Origin: Hemiscyllium ocellatum | Lineage: Eukaryota | Direction: 5' to 3' | Length of the DNA stretch: 64,000 nucleotides | NCBI RefSeq assembly: GCF_020745735.1 | Contig: NC_083408.1 | Location: 30,286,484-30,350,483, forward strand | Shown: positions 1 through 12,735 of the stretch, piece by piece | Position numbering within the stretch: position 1 is the first letter of the stretch | Layout: the number at the start of each line of letters is the position of its first letter | Translations under genes and position numbers: made by a program | The notes under the pieces: generated by a model | The model's input: only the letters and a program-made list of their open reading frames with translations | Database searches by the model: none | What the model was told of the DNA's origin: nothing

Positions 1-178
1 CCGGGTGCTCCGGTTTCCTCCCACAGTCCAAAGATGTGCGGGTCAGGTGAATTGGCCATGCTAAATTGCCTGTAGTGTTAGGTAAGGGGTAATGTAGGGG
101 TATGGGTGGGTTTCGCTTCGGCGGGTCGGTGTGGACTTGTTGGGCCGAAGGGCCTGTTTCCACACTGTAAGTCTAATC
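1..178 (+). mobile_element. HE1-type shark tRNA-derived SINE, 3' part
   Basis: ccgggtgctccggtttcctcccacagtccaaagatgtgc...gggccgaagggcctgtttccacactgtaagtctaatc; near-identical to the full copy at 17295. Confidence 0.9.
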
Positions 179-328
179 ACAGGGGTTTTGTCCTTTTAAG
201 GGGATTTCCAGCAGCTGTTCAGTAGATTTGTTTGAAATAAGCTTTCCCAAAGTGTAAAATCACAAAACCTCTGGCTCAAAATTCCCATCACTCATTTAAA
301 TAAATTTGTTCATCTCTATTTTGCAAGG

Positions 329-483
329 TGTGGCAGCATCCAAGGAGTAGGAGAATCGACATTTTGGGCATAAGCCCTTCATCAGGAACGTGATAAAGGG
401 CTTATGCCCAAACATGGACTCTCCTGCTTTTCCAGCACCACTCTCTCAACTCTGATCTCCAGCATCTGCAGTACTCACTTTCT
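329..483. mobile_element. Short Penelope-derived foldback element with decayed hammerhead motifs
   Basis: Inverted gggcataagcccttcatcagg / tgataaagggcttatgccc; flanked by 14-bp direct repeat TCTATTTTGCAAGG (315-328, 484-497). Confidence 0.8.
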
Positions 484-654
484 TCTATTTTGCAAGGCAC
501 AACGTCTTTGCACAATTTTCTATCTTTTATGGGGCCAGATTGAATCCAGCACCCTCAGACTTGTGATACAAGCACAATATGTAGAAATCTGATTGTTCGA
601 TCAAACTCTCTTTCACTTGATTGTATAGTATTCAAATGGATTAATCTAAAAATA

Positions 655-1085
655 CTCTCTGTTTAGCAGCTAGCACTCTCACTCTGAATCATGCCCCCAC
701 TCTCAGCATTATGCTGCAGTCTCAGAGGTGCCATCTTTGGAGGAGACAATGTACCAAAATTTCCGTCACTCATTTAAAAAAATCTCTATTTTGCAAGCTG
801 TGGCACTGGAAAAGCATAGCAGGTCAGGCAGCACCCATGGGGTTTTTTTTTGCCTCCGTCCTGATGGATATAACAGTTCATATGGCATAAACTGGAGAAT
901 TAGAAAGGAGATCTTTTTGGTAAATACTGATCCCTCAAAGAACAACAAACCAAAATAATTGCTATATGCAAGAACTTGTACACAAATTGAATGCTATATT
1001 TCCAACATCAATACTATTCTTGAAAAGTATCTAATTGGCTGTAAATCACTTTGGGATGCAACGTGGTCGTGTCAGATAGAAGTCT
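655..1085 (+). mobile_element. Ancient Deu-domain SINE (SacSINE1/AmnSINE1-like), decayed
   Basis: tRNA-like head (tagcactctcactctgaatca), gaggtgccatcttt core, L2-type tail aattggctgtaaatcactttgggatg. Family assignment is from recall. Confidence 0.55.
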
Positions 1086-1735
1086 ATTCCATGGAAAATA
1101 CAACTACATTATTCTATTGAAGCCATAGGAATTCATATATATTCCGCAGAATTGAATATTGCACATTTAAGAGATAGTCTAGAGTTTCTTTCTGTGATTT
1201 TCTTTCATGATTCTAAGTGATAAGGAAAATGAAATGAAGAAAGAAGCCAATCTTGCACTTAACAGCCTTACAATTTCTTTGGGATGTCCCAAAATGCTTG
1301 ATTAGCAATGGATTACAATTTAAATGTAAAGTCACTTTTGTTAGAAACCTGGAACATTTTTGCCTTCAACAGCAAATGAGAAAACAGCACCATAGGAATG
1401 TATTGGCTAATGTCTTTAGGTCTGATGGACATGGTCCCAGTGGTTTAATAAACAGATACACTGTTCAGAGTATACAAAAATCCAGTAGTATCTTTTGTCC
1501 AAATTTTATATCGAGAATTAATGTACTCATTGAAAATTTGATTCAGTCTCTCTGTCACTTAAACGATTTGTGCAATTTTAGCAAGTAGGACTTTAGCTGT
1601 CCCAAACAAATTGTGGTGTTATCAGTTACAACAGATTCTCCTGAGATTACGAAGATACATCCCTTTAGTGACAATGGAGGAGCTTATCAGGGAGGGAAAT
1701 TTGGGTTGGTAGATAAAAAATTATTTATTTTTTAT

Positions 1736-3025
1736 ATTTGGAAAAGAATGGGCTTATCAATTATAGGCAACATGGTTTTGTGCGGGGGAGATCATGCTTT
1801 ACCAACTTAATAGAGTTCTTTAAGGAAGTGACTAAGTTGATAGATGAAGGAAGGGCTGTCAATGTCATATGCATGGGCTTTAGTAAGGCATTTGATAAGG
1901 TTTCCCATGGCAAACTATGGAGAAAGTGAAGTCACATGGTGTGCAGGGTGTTCTAGCTAGGTGGATCAAGAACTGATTGAGCAACAGGAGACAGAGAGTA
2001 GTTGTTGAAGGGAGTTTCTCGAAATGGAGAAAGGTGACCAGTGGTGTTCTACAGGGATCAGTGCTGGGGCCACTGCTGTTTGTGAAATACACGAATGATC
2101 TGGAAGAGGGCACTGTTGGTACGATCAGCAAGTTTGCAGATGACAGAAAGATTGGTGGAGAAGCAGAAAGGTAGCGGACTGTCAAAGAATATAGGAGAAT
2201 ATAGATAGTCTGGAGAGTTGGGCAGAGAAGTGGCAGATGGAGTTCAATCCAGGCAAATGTGAGGTGATGCATTTTGGGAAGTCTAATTCTAGACCAAATT
2301 ATACTATAAATGGACGAGTCTTGGGAAAAGTCGATGAGCAGAGAGATCTGGGAGCTGAGGTCCATTGTACCCTGAAGATTGCTGCACAGGTGGATAGAGC
2401 AGTTAATAAGGCATATGGTATGCTTATCTTCTTCGGATGGGGTATTGATTAGAAGAGCTGGCAGGTCATGTTAAAATTGTACAAGACGTTGGTTCAGTGC
2501 ATTTAGAATACTGTGTACGGTTCTGATCGCCACATTACCAAAAGGATGTGGACGCTTTGAAGAGGGTGCAGAGAAGGTTTACGAGGATGTTGCCTATTAT
2601 GGAAGGTGCTAGCTGTGAAGAGAGGTTGAGTAGGTTAGGATTGTTTTCATTAGAAGGGGGACCTGATAGAGGTCTACAAAATTATGGAGGGTATAGATAG
2701 GGTAGATAGAAATAAGCTTTTTCCAGGGTGAAGGATTCAATACGAGAGGTCACGCTTTCAAGGTGAGAGATGTAAAATTTAAGGAGGATACATGCGGCAA
2801 GTACTTTACACAGAGGGTGGTAGGTGCCTGGAACGCGTTGCCAACAGAGGTAGTAGAGGCAGGCACAGTAGATTCATTTAAGATGCGTCTGGACAGATGC
2901 ATGAGTAGGTAGGGATACAGATGCTTAGGAATTGGGCGATAGGTATAGACAGTGGATTTGGATCGGCTCAGGCTTGGAAGGCTGAAGGGCCTGTTCCCTG
3001 GCTGTAAATTTTCTTTGTTCTTTCT
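1736..3025 (+). mobile_element. CR1 LINE, 5'-truncated ORF2 (RT) and 3' tail
   Basis: [56 protein letters not shown] in shifting frames; ttctttgttc tail. Confidence 0.95.
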
Positions 3026-3229
3026 AAAAAACACTTACAAAAGAATTCAAAACATTGCAAATAGACAATGTTTCCATAAGAAGTGAGGTTCTGTATGAAT
3101 AATTACCAACTATTTTGTTTTATTATGATCTGAAATAATTATCTTATTCATCGGAAAATGATGAAGTGGAATAATTATCTTATTCATCGGAAAATGTTAG
3201 AACAGAGATTGCCATCAGATGCAGTCAGG

Positions 3230-3715
3230 GAAACCGGACCAAATCATAAAAGTAGTTATGAGACCTTTGAAAAGGAAGATGGTAGATACTTGTGGCAGTA
3301 ATAGCAGAATTTATTTTAGCAATGTCAGATCATCATAAAAGTTCAAATAGACATATTTTTGAGTGTTAATTGAAAGAAGTTAAGCGTGTGCATTGGAGGG
3401 GGCACTTTGCAGGAACTTGAGACACATAAAGCTCAATCTCTGCCAGTATGTTTGATGCTTTCTGCACCAAGAACCAGTGGGATCTGCAAAGATTGAAGTG
3501 AAAATCAGCCTCCAAAATTGCATTTTAATTTAAATTTCACAGGGTTTCTCTGAAGCTGTTTTTTTGTTACAGTGTCTGCTAAGTGCCCATGTCTATTTAA
3601 CTCTTTATGATTATCTGTCATGACTTAAAAAAAACTTCTGCTATTGTTGTCACTAGTACCCACCATCTTCCTTTTCAAAGATCTTGTAACTATTTTAATG
3701 ACTGTTCCAGTTTTA
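3230..3715. repeat. Old MITE-like element with ~125-bp imperfect inverted arms
   Basis: ctttgaaaaggaagatggt...aatagcagaa...aaatagacat (3230-3352) is mirrored by atgtctattt...ttctgctatt...accatcttccttttcaaag (3588-3715). Confidence 0.65.
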
Positions 3716-4539
3716 TTACAATGCGTCTTTAAGGGGCTGTCAATTGATTAATTTGTTTCTCATTTCTCTTATAACAAGTATCAAAAACATTTGAAGAGTC
3801 TTGTCATGCAGTGGTAAGTGGCCCACCTCTGGGCCAGGCAGAGTGGGTTCAAGTCCCACCTGCTCCAGAGATCCATTCCTCCATGCCTAAACACGCTTGT
3901 TTAAAAAAGGAGATTGGGGAGGAGGTGATTGTAGTAATGACACTTTAATAAATATAGAGGCCCAGGCAAACGTTTAGGATTTTGGTTCAAATTCCATTAA
4001 GGCAGCTGGTGGAATTTAAAGTTGATTCCATTGTTTTCTTTCCTTTCAGTCAACATTTAAAGGAATATTTCTTCAGTTAATCAGTTTTGGTTTTAATTTG
4101 ATTTAATTTAACAAAAGTTTAGAGTCAAGTTTCTGGACCTTAAGACTCGTAATCTCTGGGTCATGTTTACGCATCATTAGTTTCTTCGGGGATCAGAGGA
4201 CACTGCAGGGACTGGAGTGTATCATTGTGGTGATGTGGTGTAGGGTTAGGAGCTATACATCTGTATAGTCTCACTTTATTAATAAATCTAAAACTGAGAC
4301 TCTGGTCTCCTCCTTCATCAACTGGACGCAAGACATTTAACATAAGCCAGATTCAAATGACTTTCAGATTATCACAGACTTACTAAGTAACTGTTATGTA
4401 TCAGTTTATACTCACTAAAACACATATTCCAGATGTTGGTGGGGGTATGGGATGTGCATAAAGTATCAATATTAATATTAGAAGAGGAAGTAATGTCATC
4501 TTAAATTGATTAGGAAAGCTTCCAACAAAACAGCTTAAC

Positions 4540-5400
4540 AAATGAGATAGAGTTATACAAGAATATAGGGTTTATTGAGAGGGTTGGTGAAGATTGTTTA
4601 TCTGACTTTCAGAAAGCCTTTAATAATATTTCTCAGACTAGGTCATCTCAGAGAGATGACAGGCACTAACAGTAACAGAAAACACGGAATTGCAAATGAC
4701 AGGTCCCCCTTGGGATAAATTCTGGACCCATTAGTCTTCCTGGCTCTTAATAAAGATTTTAAGTGGAAGTGGGAGTATGGAAAGTAAGTTTGCAGATGGA
4801 ACGAAAATCTATTCATAGATTAAGTTAGTAAAGGCATGCAATTCAAATTCAACAAAACTTAGATGTGCTACAGGAGTGGACTGCATATGGCAAATAACAT
4901 TTAATTTAGATAAATGGAATATTCTCATGTTGGTAGGGTCAATTAAAATATGCATATCATTTGCAGGAATATTAATAAAAGAAGTTTAGAGAAAAATATC
5001 TTGCAGAAGTCACTAAAAGTTCATAACCAATGTAGAGAAACTGCAATTAATGTTAATAGGTTACTGAATTCTATTAACAGATCCTGTCAGTACAAACCAA
5101 AGGACAACTGTATAGCTTACTGGCCAGACAGTGTCAAGAGTACTGTGGCCAGTTTTCATTCTCCCATGTGGTGGATGATTTATGGTTCTTAGAAAGCGGT
5201 ACAACAAGCTAACAATGAAGATTCTCAACTTAAAGAACATTGGCAATTCAGTTATGCTTAAGGACCTGAATAACTTCAATGTGTGCCTTGACAAATATCT
5301 ATAAAATAATGAAAGGCCTGCATAGCATCATAATTAATAGATTATTTGGGTTTAATGGATCGGAACGTAATTTTAACTCATACAAGAGTGGAAGTAGTCT
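4540..5400 (+). mobile_element. Old, highly decayed CR1 LINE fragment
   Basis: Remnants of YLDFQKAF (tatctgactttcagaaagccttt), SKFAD (aagtttgcagat) and W-FN-DK motifs. Confidence 0.65.
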
Positions 5401-7203
5401 GGATTGTAGGTACTTCTTTTCTTATAGCTTTATGATTATGGAATTAATTACTGGCTGATTGTTGAGGGGTGGGTTACTTACTCTTACTGTGAGCGAGCTG
5501 GGTCGATAGATGCCAAACGTCTTTATAGACAGTTGTTAGTTAATTGGATGTGTACAACTGGTTTTGCTCATATGATGGAGGTCTGAGAGAGATTTTGTAG
5601 GTTACATTATTGGCCCAGGGTATTCTCTCTTGTAATTTGCATTTTCGAGATTACGTGGTAGAGGAAGTGGGTGTAAGGTGCAATTGTGTAATAGTATATG
5701 TAATTGGAGGTTGGGAGTGGGTAGAAGAGTACATAACCATGATGGGTCTGGATATCATAATATACACCATACTTAATGGACCTCTGCTTATCATCTGCCT
5801 GTCAATGTTGTCTGTAATTAAAGATATTCCCATGAACCTGGAAAATAATACATCACTAGTGTTATTGAAGTTTCGTATCTCTGAGCCTCTAATCTCGGAG
5901 ATGGCGTAAATTGTGTCATCTTTAGGAAGAACATTGTCAGTCTATATATGGGAATATGGAGTTATATATTCAGGGATGGCAGGTGTATTCATAGTTTGAG
6001 AGGTCCAGGTCTTGTACCTTTAATTTGTTCACAGGATGTGGATAACAACGGCATCACCAACATTTATTACCAGTCTAGGCCTAAGTGGTGCTGTTCTTGA
6101 ACTACTGCTGTGGTGATTCTTCATAGCAGTTTGATACAACGGAGGACCTTACTGGCCATTTTACAGAGGCAATTTTATTGGAGTCATAGACTAGGTACAA
6201 ACGGCAGATTTCCAGATGGATGTTTGCTGCAATTTGGAAGTTTCATGATCTCTTTTACAGTTGCTGGATTTTATTTCCAGCTTCTTTAAAAAGTGAATTC
6301 AAGATTTTAAACCAATTTGTTAGAATTTGAAATTCTAATTCTAATTAATCCAGTAACACAACCATTACAACAGTGTACCTTTAATGAGAATATATGGAAA
6401 TTGAAATAAGGAACCTATATATCCCTTGTAGAATTGAGCTCAGATAAGCACTGATACGGCTTTAATTCAAAATTCTATGTAATTCTGTGCTTTAATCAAC
6501 TGTTATGATGTAGCAATATAAAGATATAGCATTCACAACTAAATAGATAATATAACATGGCACGGATAATTCAACACTCTGTACAGAGACTAGACAAAAG
6601 ATCGCTATCCTTACTGATATGGAGGTGTGATGTGGAGTTACATTCAAATGGCAACATAAAAGTTCATGCACTAATCCTGTACTCAGAGTAGGTACTCACA
6701 CCAAAATTGGATAGTAAGTCATGCTGCACGAAAAAGAAATCTGAAAACAAGTTAACTTATCTATTCAGCAGCAAAAAATGGAAAGCGAGGTAAAGAGCAC
6801 AGCACTGGCAGAGGATTTGCATTACACTGGCAAATGAGTACAGGCACAAGCAACTCTATATCTGGACAGAGTTAAGTACTGACCATTTTGCATTGACTTG
6901 CGAATATCATGCTTTCCAATTTTCCAGTCAAGAGACTTTGCATCCATTAAGATCACATGAAACAGCTGCCTGCAAAGAGGGGAGGAAAGGGACAGTAAAC
7001 AGCCGCATAGAAGAATTTGATATTTACTTCAAAATCAGGTTATGACAGACAAAATTGTATACCAATCTGAACTAAAATCTGAGTGTATTCATTGACACTA
7101 ACAGTGTTTGGCTGTGTTTATTGTCTCCAGTCAGATCTCATGACAGTCAACATGTAAACTGGCAACGAGAAGTGTATTAGACTTTAGAATTACAGCAGTA
7201 AAG

Positions 7204-8055
7204 TCACAGAGATGTGCGGCACAGAAACAGACCCTTCAGTCCAATTCCGCCATGCCGACTATTCACATACGCACCCAGATGCCTTTTAAATATTGTAATT
7301 GTACCAGCCTCCACTGCTTCCTCTGGCAGGTCATTCCATACACACACACCACCCTCTGCGTGAAAATGTTGTTCTTTACTTGGTCCAGAGTAAATCAAAT
7401 GAGATACCTGGGTTCGATTCCAGCCTCAGATGACTGTCTCTGTGGAGTTTGCACATTCTCCCTGTGTTGCATGCATTTCCTCCCACAGTCCAAAAATGAC
7501 CTGGTAGAAGTTTATAAAATAATGAGGGATATAGATAGAGTTCGTGGTAGTTGTCTTTTCCCTAGGCTGGGGGATTTCAAGATGACGGTACATTTTTAAG
7601 GTGAGAGGAGAGAGATTTAAAAAAAGACATGAGAGGCACATTTTTTACACAGAGTTTGCATCTGGAATGAACTTCCTGAGGAAGTGGTGGATGCGGGTAA
7701 AATTACAACATTTTAAAGACATTTAGATAAATAAATGAATAGGAAAGGTTTGGAGGGATTTCGGCTAGGAGCAGGCAGGTGGGACTAATTTAGTCTGGGA
7801 TTGTTTTCGGCACGGACTGGTTGGACTGAGGGGCTTATTTCCAAGGTGTATTACTGTATGACTCCATGTGCAGGTTAGGTGGATTGGCAGTGTTAAATTG
7901 CCCATGGTGTCCAGGGATGTGCAGGCTAGGTAAATTAGCCACGGGAGATGGAGGGTTACAGGGATAGAATAGGGTGTGGTATAGGTGGGATGCTGTTTGG
8001 AGGGGTGATGTGGACTTGATTGGCCACATGGATTGCTTCCATACTGTTGGAATTC
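7204..8055. mobile_element. Nested cluster: minus CR1 tail (7204-7375), HE1 SINE split by a plus CR1 3' fragment (7496-7866)
   Basis: SINE ...cccacagtccaaaa breaks at ~7495 and resumes atgtgcaggttaggtggattggc at ~7867; the insert encodes DLVEVYKIMRDIDRV. Confidence 0.8.
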
Positions 8056-8552
8056 TGATCATCTGCAATTCAGAGAGGTACCACAATATATTAGCAAGTA
8101 TAAAAAAGGGCTGGTGAATATTTCCTGACAGAACAGAGCACAATTAGATACATGGGGCAGCTGTGCCTCAGTAAAACAGAACAATTCTTAGGCCCAAAAC
8201 CAGACTTCCATGCCCAAGGGCAGACACATTACAGAGTTCACTGTGAGCAAACAATTAATACCATTTCAAGGTGATAAAACCAATTAACGCAACGTCCCAT
8301 GACTGGTCAAATCCTTGGAAAATTCCAGAAGGTCACCAGAAAGGAATAAGAACCAGGCCCTGGCAGGGCTTGACCTGACGCCCCCCCTCCCTTCAGACAC
8401 CCACCGAGAGGCAGGTTAGGATATGGCAGAGACCAGAGTGGCTCGGCCCCTCCCCCCAACCAGACAAAACCATAAAGAGAGAGAGAAACAGATCAAACAA
8501 CTTGACAAACTGGCAAAGGTTACCAGTATTTAATTTTCTACAGAATCAAGTA

Positions 8553-8765
8553 CGGTCAGTTCTGCTATAATGCGTTGGTTCCGTTCTTGTGCAATCCCAT
8601 GTTATAAGAAAATCACATAATAGCAGCACCATTTAAAGTAATGGGACACGTTATAATCAATACACGGTTTAAAACTTTGTGCTTTAGAAATAAGTGTCCC
8701 CAATTCGTCAATCGTGTTATAGCAAATTCGCATTAACAAAACACACATTACAGTGGAACAACTTG
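8553..8765. mobile_element. Tc1/mariner (Tigger/pogo-like) MITE
   Basis: TA at 8551-8552 and 8766-8767; imperfect TIRs cggtcagttctgctataatgcg / cacattacagtggaacaacttg. Confidence 0.65.
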
Positions 8766-9468
8766 TAGTTAGAAATAGAATATTTAAAATTGTAAAGCTT
8801 AGTTCTTACCTGTTGTCTTAAAATAAAGTTGCGGCTGTTTCATTTGTCGATGTTTCATGCTATGTGCCCTTTCTCTGATATATGCAAATGTATCTGGGTT
8901 AATAATATCATGTACTGATCGAATAAGTCTGCAGGGTCCGAGAGACACCATGTTTTGCCAACACATAGGGACCACAAAGAAAATTGTAAACAAATACTTT
9001 TGTTGGGAACAAAATTTGCTTTCAGGTACATCAGATGTTTCACCATCCTGAACAAACTTTACAAAACTCTTGTTTCACAAGCTCTGCAAATGGTTCTTCC
9101 ATTTTTATACTCAAAGTTGAGGTTGAATTAAGTCTCAGGGAAAGCAATATTTCATCCCCTCCAATGTAAAATGTAATCATACATCTAAGCATTTTTCTTT
9201 TTTCTTCCCTTCATAAATTTTACTCTCCCAAAGTCACACTTTACTTCTGACCAAGACAAGCTGTTCCCTGCTCTCTGCCAATATTGCCTGTAGTTGTGAG
9301 GTGACACACAAGAGTCAACGGAGTTGACATATACCCATTTCTTTAGTCAAGAGGAAAGAATGGAAGAGATGGTGGTAACAAAAGTCTTTGCAAGTTTGTT
9401 CTCTTTCACAACAGACAGGAGGATCTCAATGAGAATTACAAACACGAGCCTAGCCTTTGTCATGCCAT

Positions 9469-9553
9469 TCCTGATGAAGGGCCTGAAACATGGATGCTCC
9501 TGCTCCTCGGATGCTGCCTGACCTGCTGTACTTTTCCAGGGTCACAATTTTCG
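9469..9553 (+). mobile_element. Single-arm Penelope-derived hammerhead element (stem II deleted)
   Basis: cctgatgaagggcctgaaacatgg...ggatgctgcctgacctgctg; 7-bp direct repeat ATGCCAT at 9462-9468 and 9554-9560. Confidence 0.75.
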
Positions 9554-10809
9554 ATGCCATAACCAAGTAAATTGTTCCAATGCCATGCTTAACTAAATAC
9601 AATAATGATGCATAACCTACATAGGCAGTAAATAATGAGAGAAGAATTTTCTTTAGTTTGAATTCTGATTTGTTAAGATTGAGGGAATGGTTGACAGAAT
9701 GACACACAATCTTGCTTAACCCATATGACTGAGGAGTTGCAATTCCACCAGCACAACACTTCCATACCCACGCAACTAACTACTAATAAATACTAATTAG
9801 CATTAGCCTATTAGCTGAGCTGTGTTTTCTGAAAATAGGAATTTGTTTGAGAGTGTCAAACAAATCTAATGTCAAAATTCTTGTCGCCACACTACATTTT
9901 TATTACAATGCCTTTCAATCCAAACTTGTGTGTCAAGCAATTTGTTTTATCTTTCCTCTTTACTTCTTTTCCAAATCTTGATGGTATCCTGCATTGTGGA
10001 TAGAAGTTGTTTTCTCAAGCTCAAAACAAACTGTGAAGATTGACTCAATATAAGTTATAAACATCTTCTATTACGTCTTAGCCAAAACATTTAATTCAAA
10101 TTTCAGAAGAATATTATATTAGAAAAGTAGACAGATAAGAGGCTGCCTTCTTCGGTCAAACTGACATTCCTGCTATGGCCAGTATCCAGTTTCAAATGGA
10201 CCTAAACAGCCAAAAAGAAATATTAATACCCGACATATACATTTCAGAATTCCAGTGTAATTTTGTTGATGATCATGGCAAATATTTAGTTTTATTTGAA
10301 TAAATATTAATTTAGTTCTGTTCATATACTCACTTGCTTGTCAATGAAGCACCTTATTCTGAACTAATGCTCTGTTTCATTGCCCATAATTAACACTAAA
10401 ATGTTTTCACTTCTTACCAAATATTGGCATATCCAAATCTTCAAAGCCCACTTTGGCCCAAAATATAGAAACGTTAAAAAAAACACTCCTTTCAAACACA
10501 CTGCCCATATTTGTTCAAACTATTCAAACTCATTTGCAACAAAAGCTCTGATGTGACTTAATATGTCAATGTAATACAGCAGATGGATCTTGACTTCCTG
10601 CTGAAAATCATTTGATCTTTTTCATTTGCAGAACGTCAAGTTTTTCAGCATTAATCAGCCATAAAAATAACAGTGATTTATGAGAGTATATTATGGAAAT
10701 AATCCAAACATGTTCCATAATACAAATCATGGGAATTAGTCATCACATTACATGGGAGCTGAAATTAGACTCAGCCAAAACATTCCACCTGAAGTAGTCA
10801 GAAAATTCT

Positions 10810-12735
10810 GCCATCTTAGATCAATGACAGTCAACTTGCACTTTGACAAGGGACTCCGCACAAATATTGGGAAGACAGTCACTAACTCTGGCTCACTAAC
10901 AAAATTAACATGATCAAAGACACAAACTAATCCACAGGCACAAAAAAAAGAGCTACAAAGAAGGCCTATATCCTTAGCGTGTACCTATATGACAGTGAAA
11001 CCTGGAAAACTTAAACCGACAAAAAGAAACGCTCAATAATATGCATCCCTGGTATCTACGACAATGCACACTCAGTGAGAAGACACTGAATATTTGAATA
11101 GCCATTCAAAGCGAAATTCAGCAGACTGCTGGATGTAATGTTGCCAAAATTCCAGAATGCTAGGGGCTTGCATGAAAGGAACAAAATGGCAGTAAGCCTA
11201 TCAAAAGGCACCGACATTCTTTGGCATATTCTTTTATTACTGTCACAGGTCTTCAGGTCATCTACAAAGTACATCTACTTACATACCAGAATGGATAGAA
11301 AGCTGTTCAACTTTGCTTGCTTGAGATTAAAGATAAAGGTGCACTTGGACCCCATCACAGAACTGCTCTATATTGACGATGCCAAACTAGAATCCCATAT
11401 CAAGGAATACTTGATACTTTTCTTACACAGAAGATGGTAAGCATATGGGATGAGCTGCAAGCGGTAATCGTTGAGGCGTGTACATTAATAACATTTAAAA
11501 GGCATTTGGAAAAATACATGGATAGAAAAGATTTTGCAGGATACGGGCCAAGTGCGGGAAAATGGGGTTAGTGTGGATGGACATTTTGGTCGGCATAGAC
11601 TAGTTTGGGCTGAAAGGACTGTCTCCATGGTGTAGGACTCTATGACTCTAATAACATCTTCAGTTGCAAAAAGATAGGCTATAATACCTGTAAACTCCAT
11701 CAGCATCAGTGAGACAAATAGAGATAAGTATGAGGTCTTGCATTTTGGAAAGTCAAATCAAGGTAGGAGTTTCATGGTGAATGGTAGGGCCTTAAGGAGT
11801 GTAGTGGAACAGAGGGATCTTCAAGTTCAGGTGCACGGTCTCTGCAAGTGGAGTCCAGGTAGACAGGTGAAGAAGGCTTTTGACACACTGGTCTTCATCA
11901 GTCAAGGCGTCGAGTACAGAGGTACAGGACATTGGTGATGTCACACTTGGAGTACTGTGTTCAGTTTTGGACACCTTGCTATAGGAAGGATGTAATAACA
12001 ATTGACAAGGATGTTGCCAGAACTCAACGGTCAAGTTATAGGGAGAGGTTGGACAAACTAGGACCTTTTTCTTTTGAGCATAGGAGACTGAGGGGGAATT
12101 TTATAGAAGTGTAGAAAATCATGAGATGCACGGATAGGGTGAATGCAGTCAGGGTTTTCCCAGGGTTGGGGAATCAAGGACTAGAGGGCATCAGTGTAAG
12201 GTTAGAGGGGAAAGAATAAAAAGGAACCTGAGTGGGAACATTTTTACACAGAGGGTGGTACGCATATGGAATGAACTGCCAACAGTAGTGGTTAAGGCAA
12301 GTACATTAACAACATTTAAAAGGCATTAGGACAAATACATAGATAGGAAAAGTTTAGAATTATACGGGCCATGTGCAGGGAAATGGGCTTAGCATTGATA
12401 GACATTTTGGTCGGCATGGACCAGTTTAGGCTAAAGGGCCTGTCTCCATGCTGTAGGACTCTATGACTGTATGACAAATGACGTGGACAAAAATGTTGTA
12501 TTGCAGATGGCAGATATTGATACTGACAATTGAGAGACAGCTGCTGATGAGCATGACCTCTGTAGTACATTGGAAGAAGGAAGTAGAAATTAGAAGTTCA
12601 GCTAGCCAAGAAGATGGCCCAAAGCAAACCAAGACCAGCAAATCACATGCATGTTCAGCCCACTATTCTCATCTGTACAAATGTGACAGAGACAACCATG
12701 TCAGAGTGGGGCTACTGGGAAACACCAGGTGATGC
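10810..12735 (+). mobile_element. Decayed RTE-clade LINE interrupted by two CR1 3' fragments (11415-11650, 11720-12470)
   Basis: RKLFNFACLRLKIKV...ITELLYIDDA (RTE RT signature) at ~11290-11385 and an RTE-like Cys/His C-terminus at ~12640-12730; CR1 motifs in between. Confidence 0.7.
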
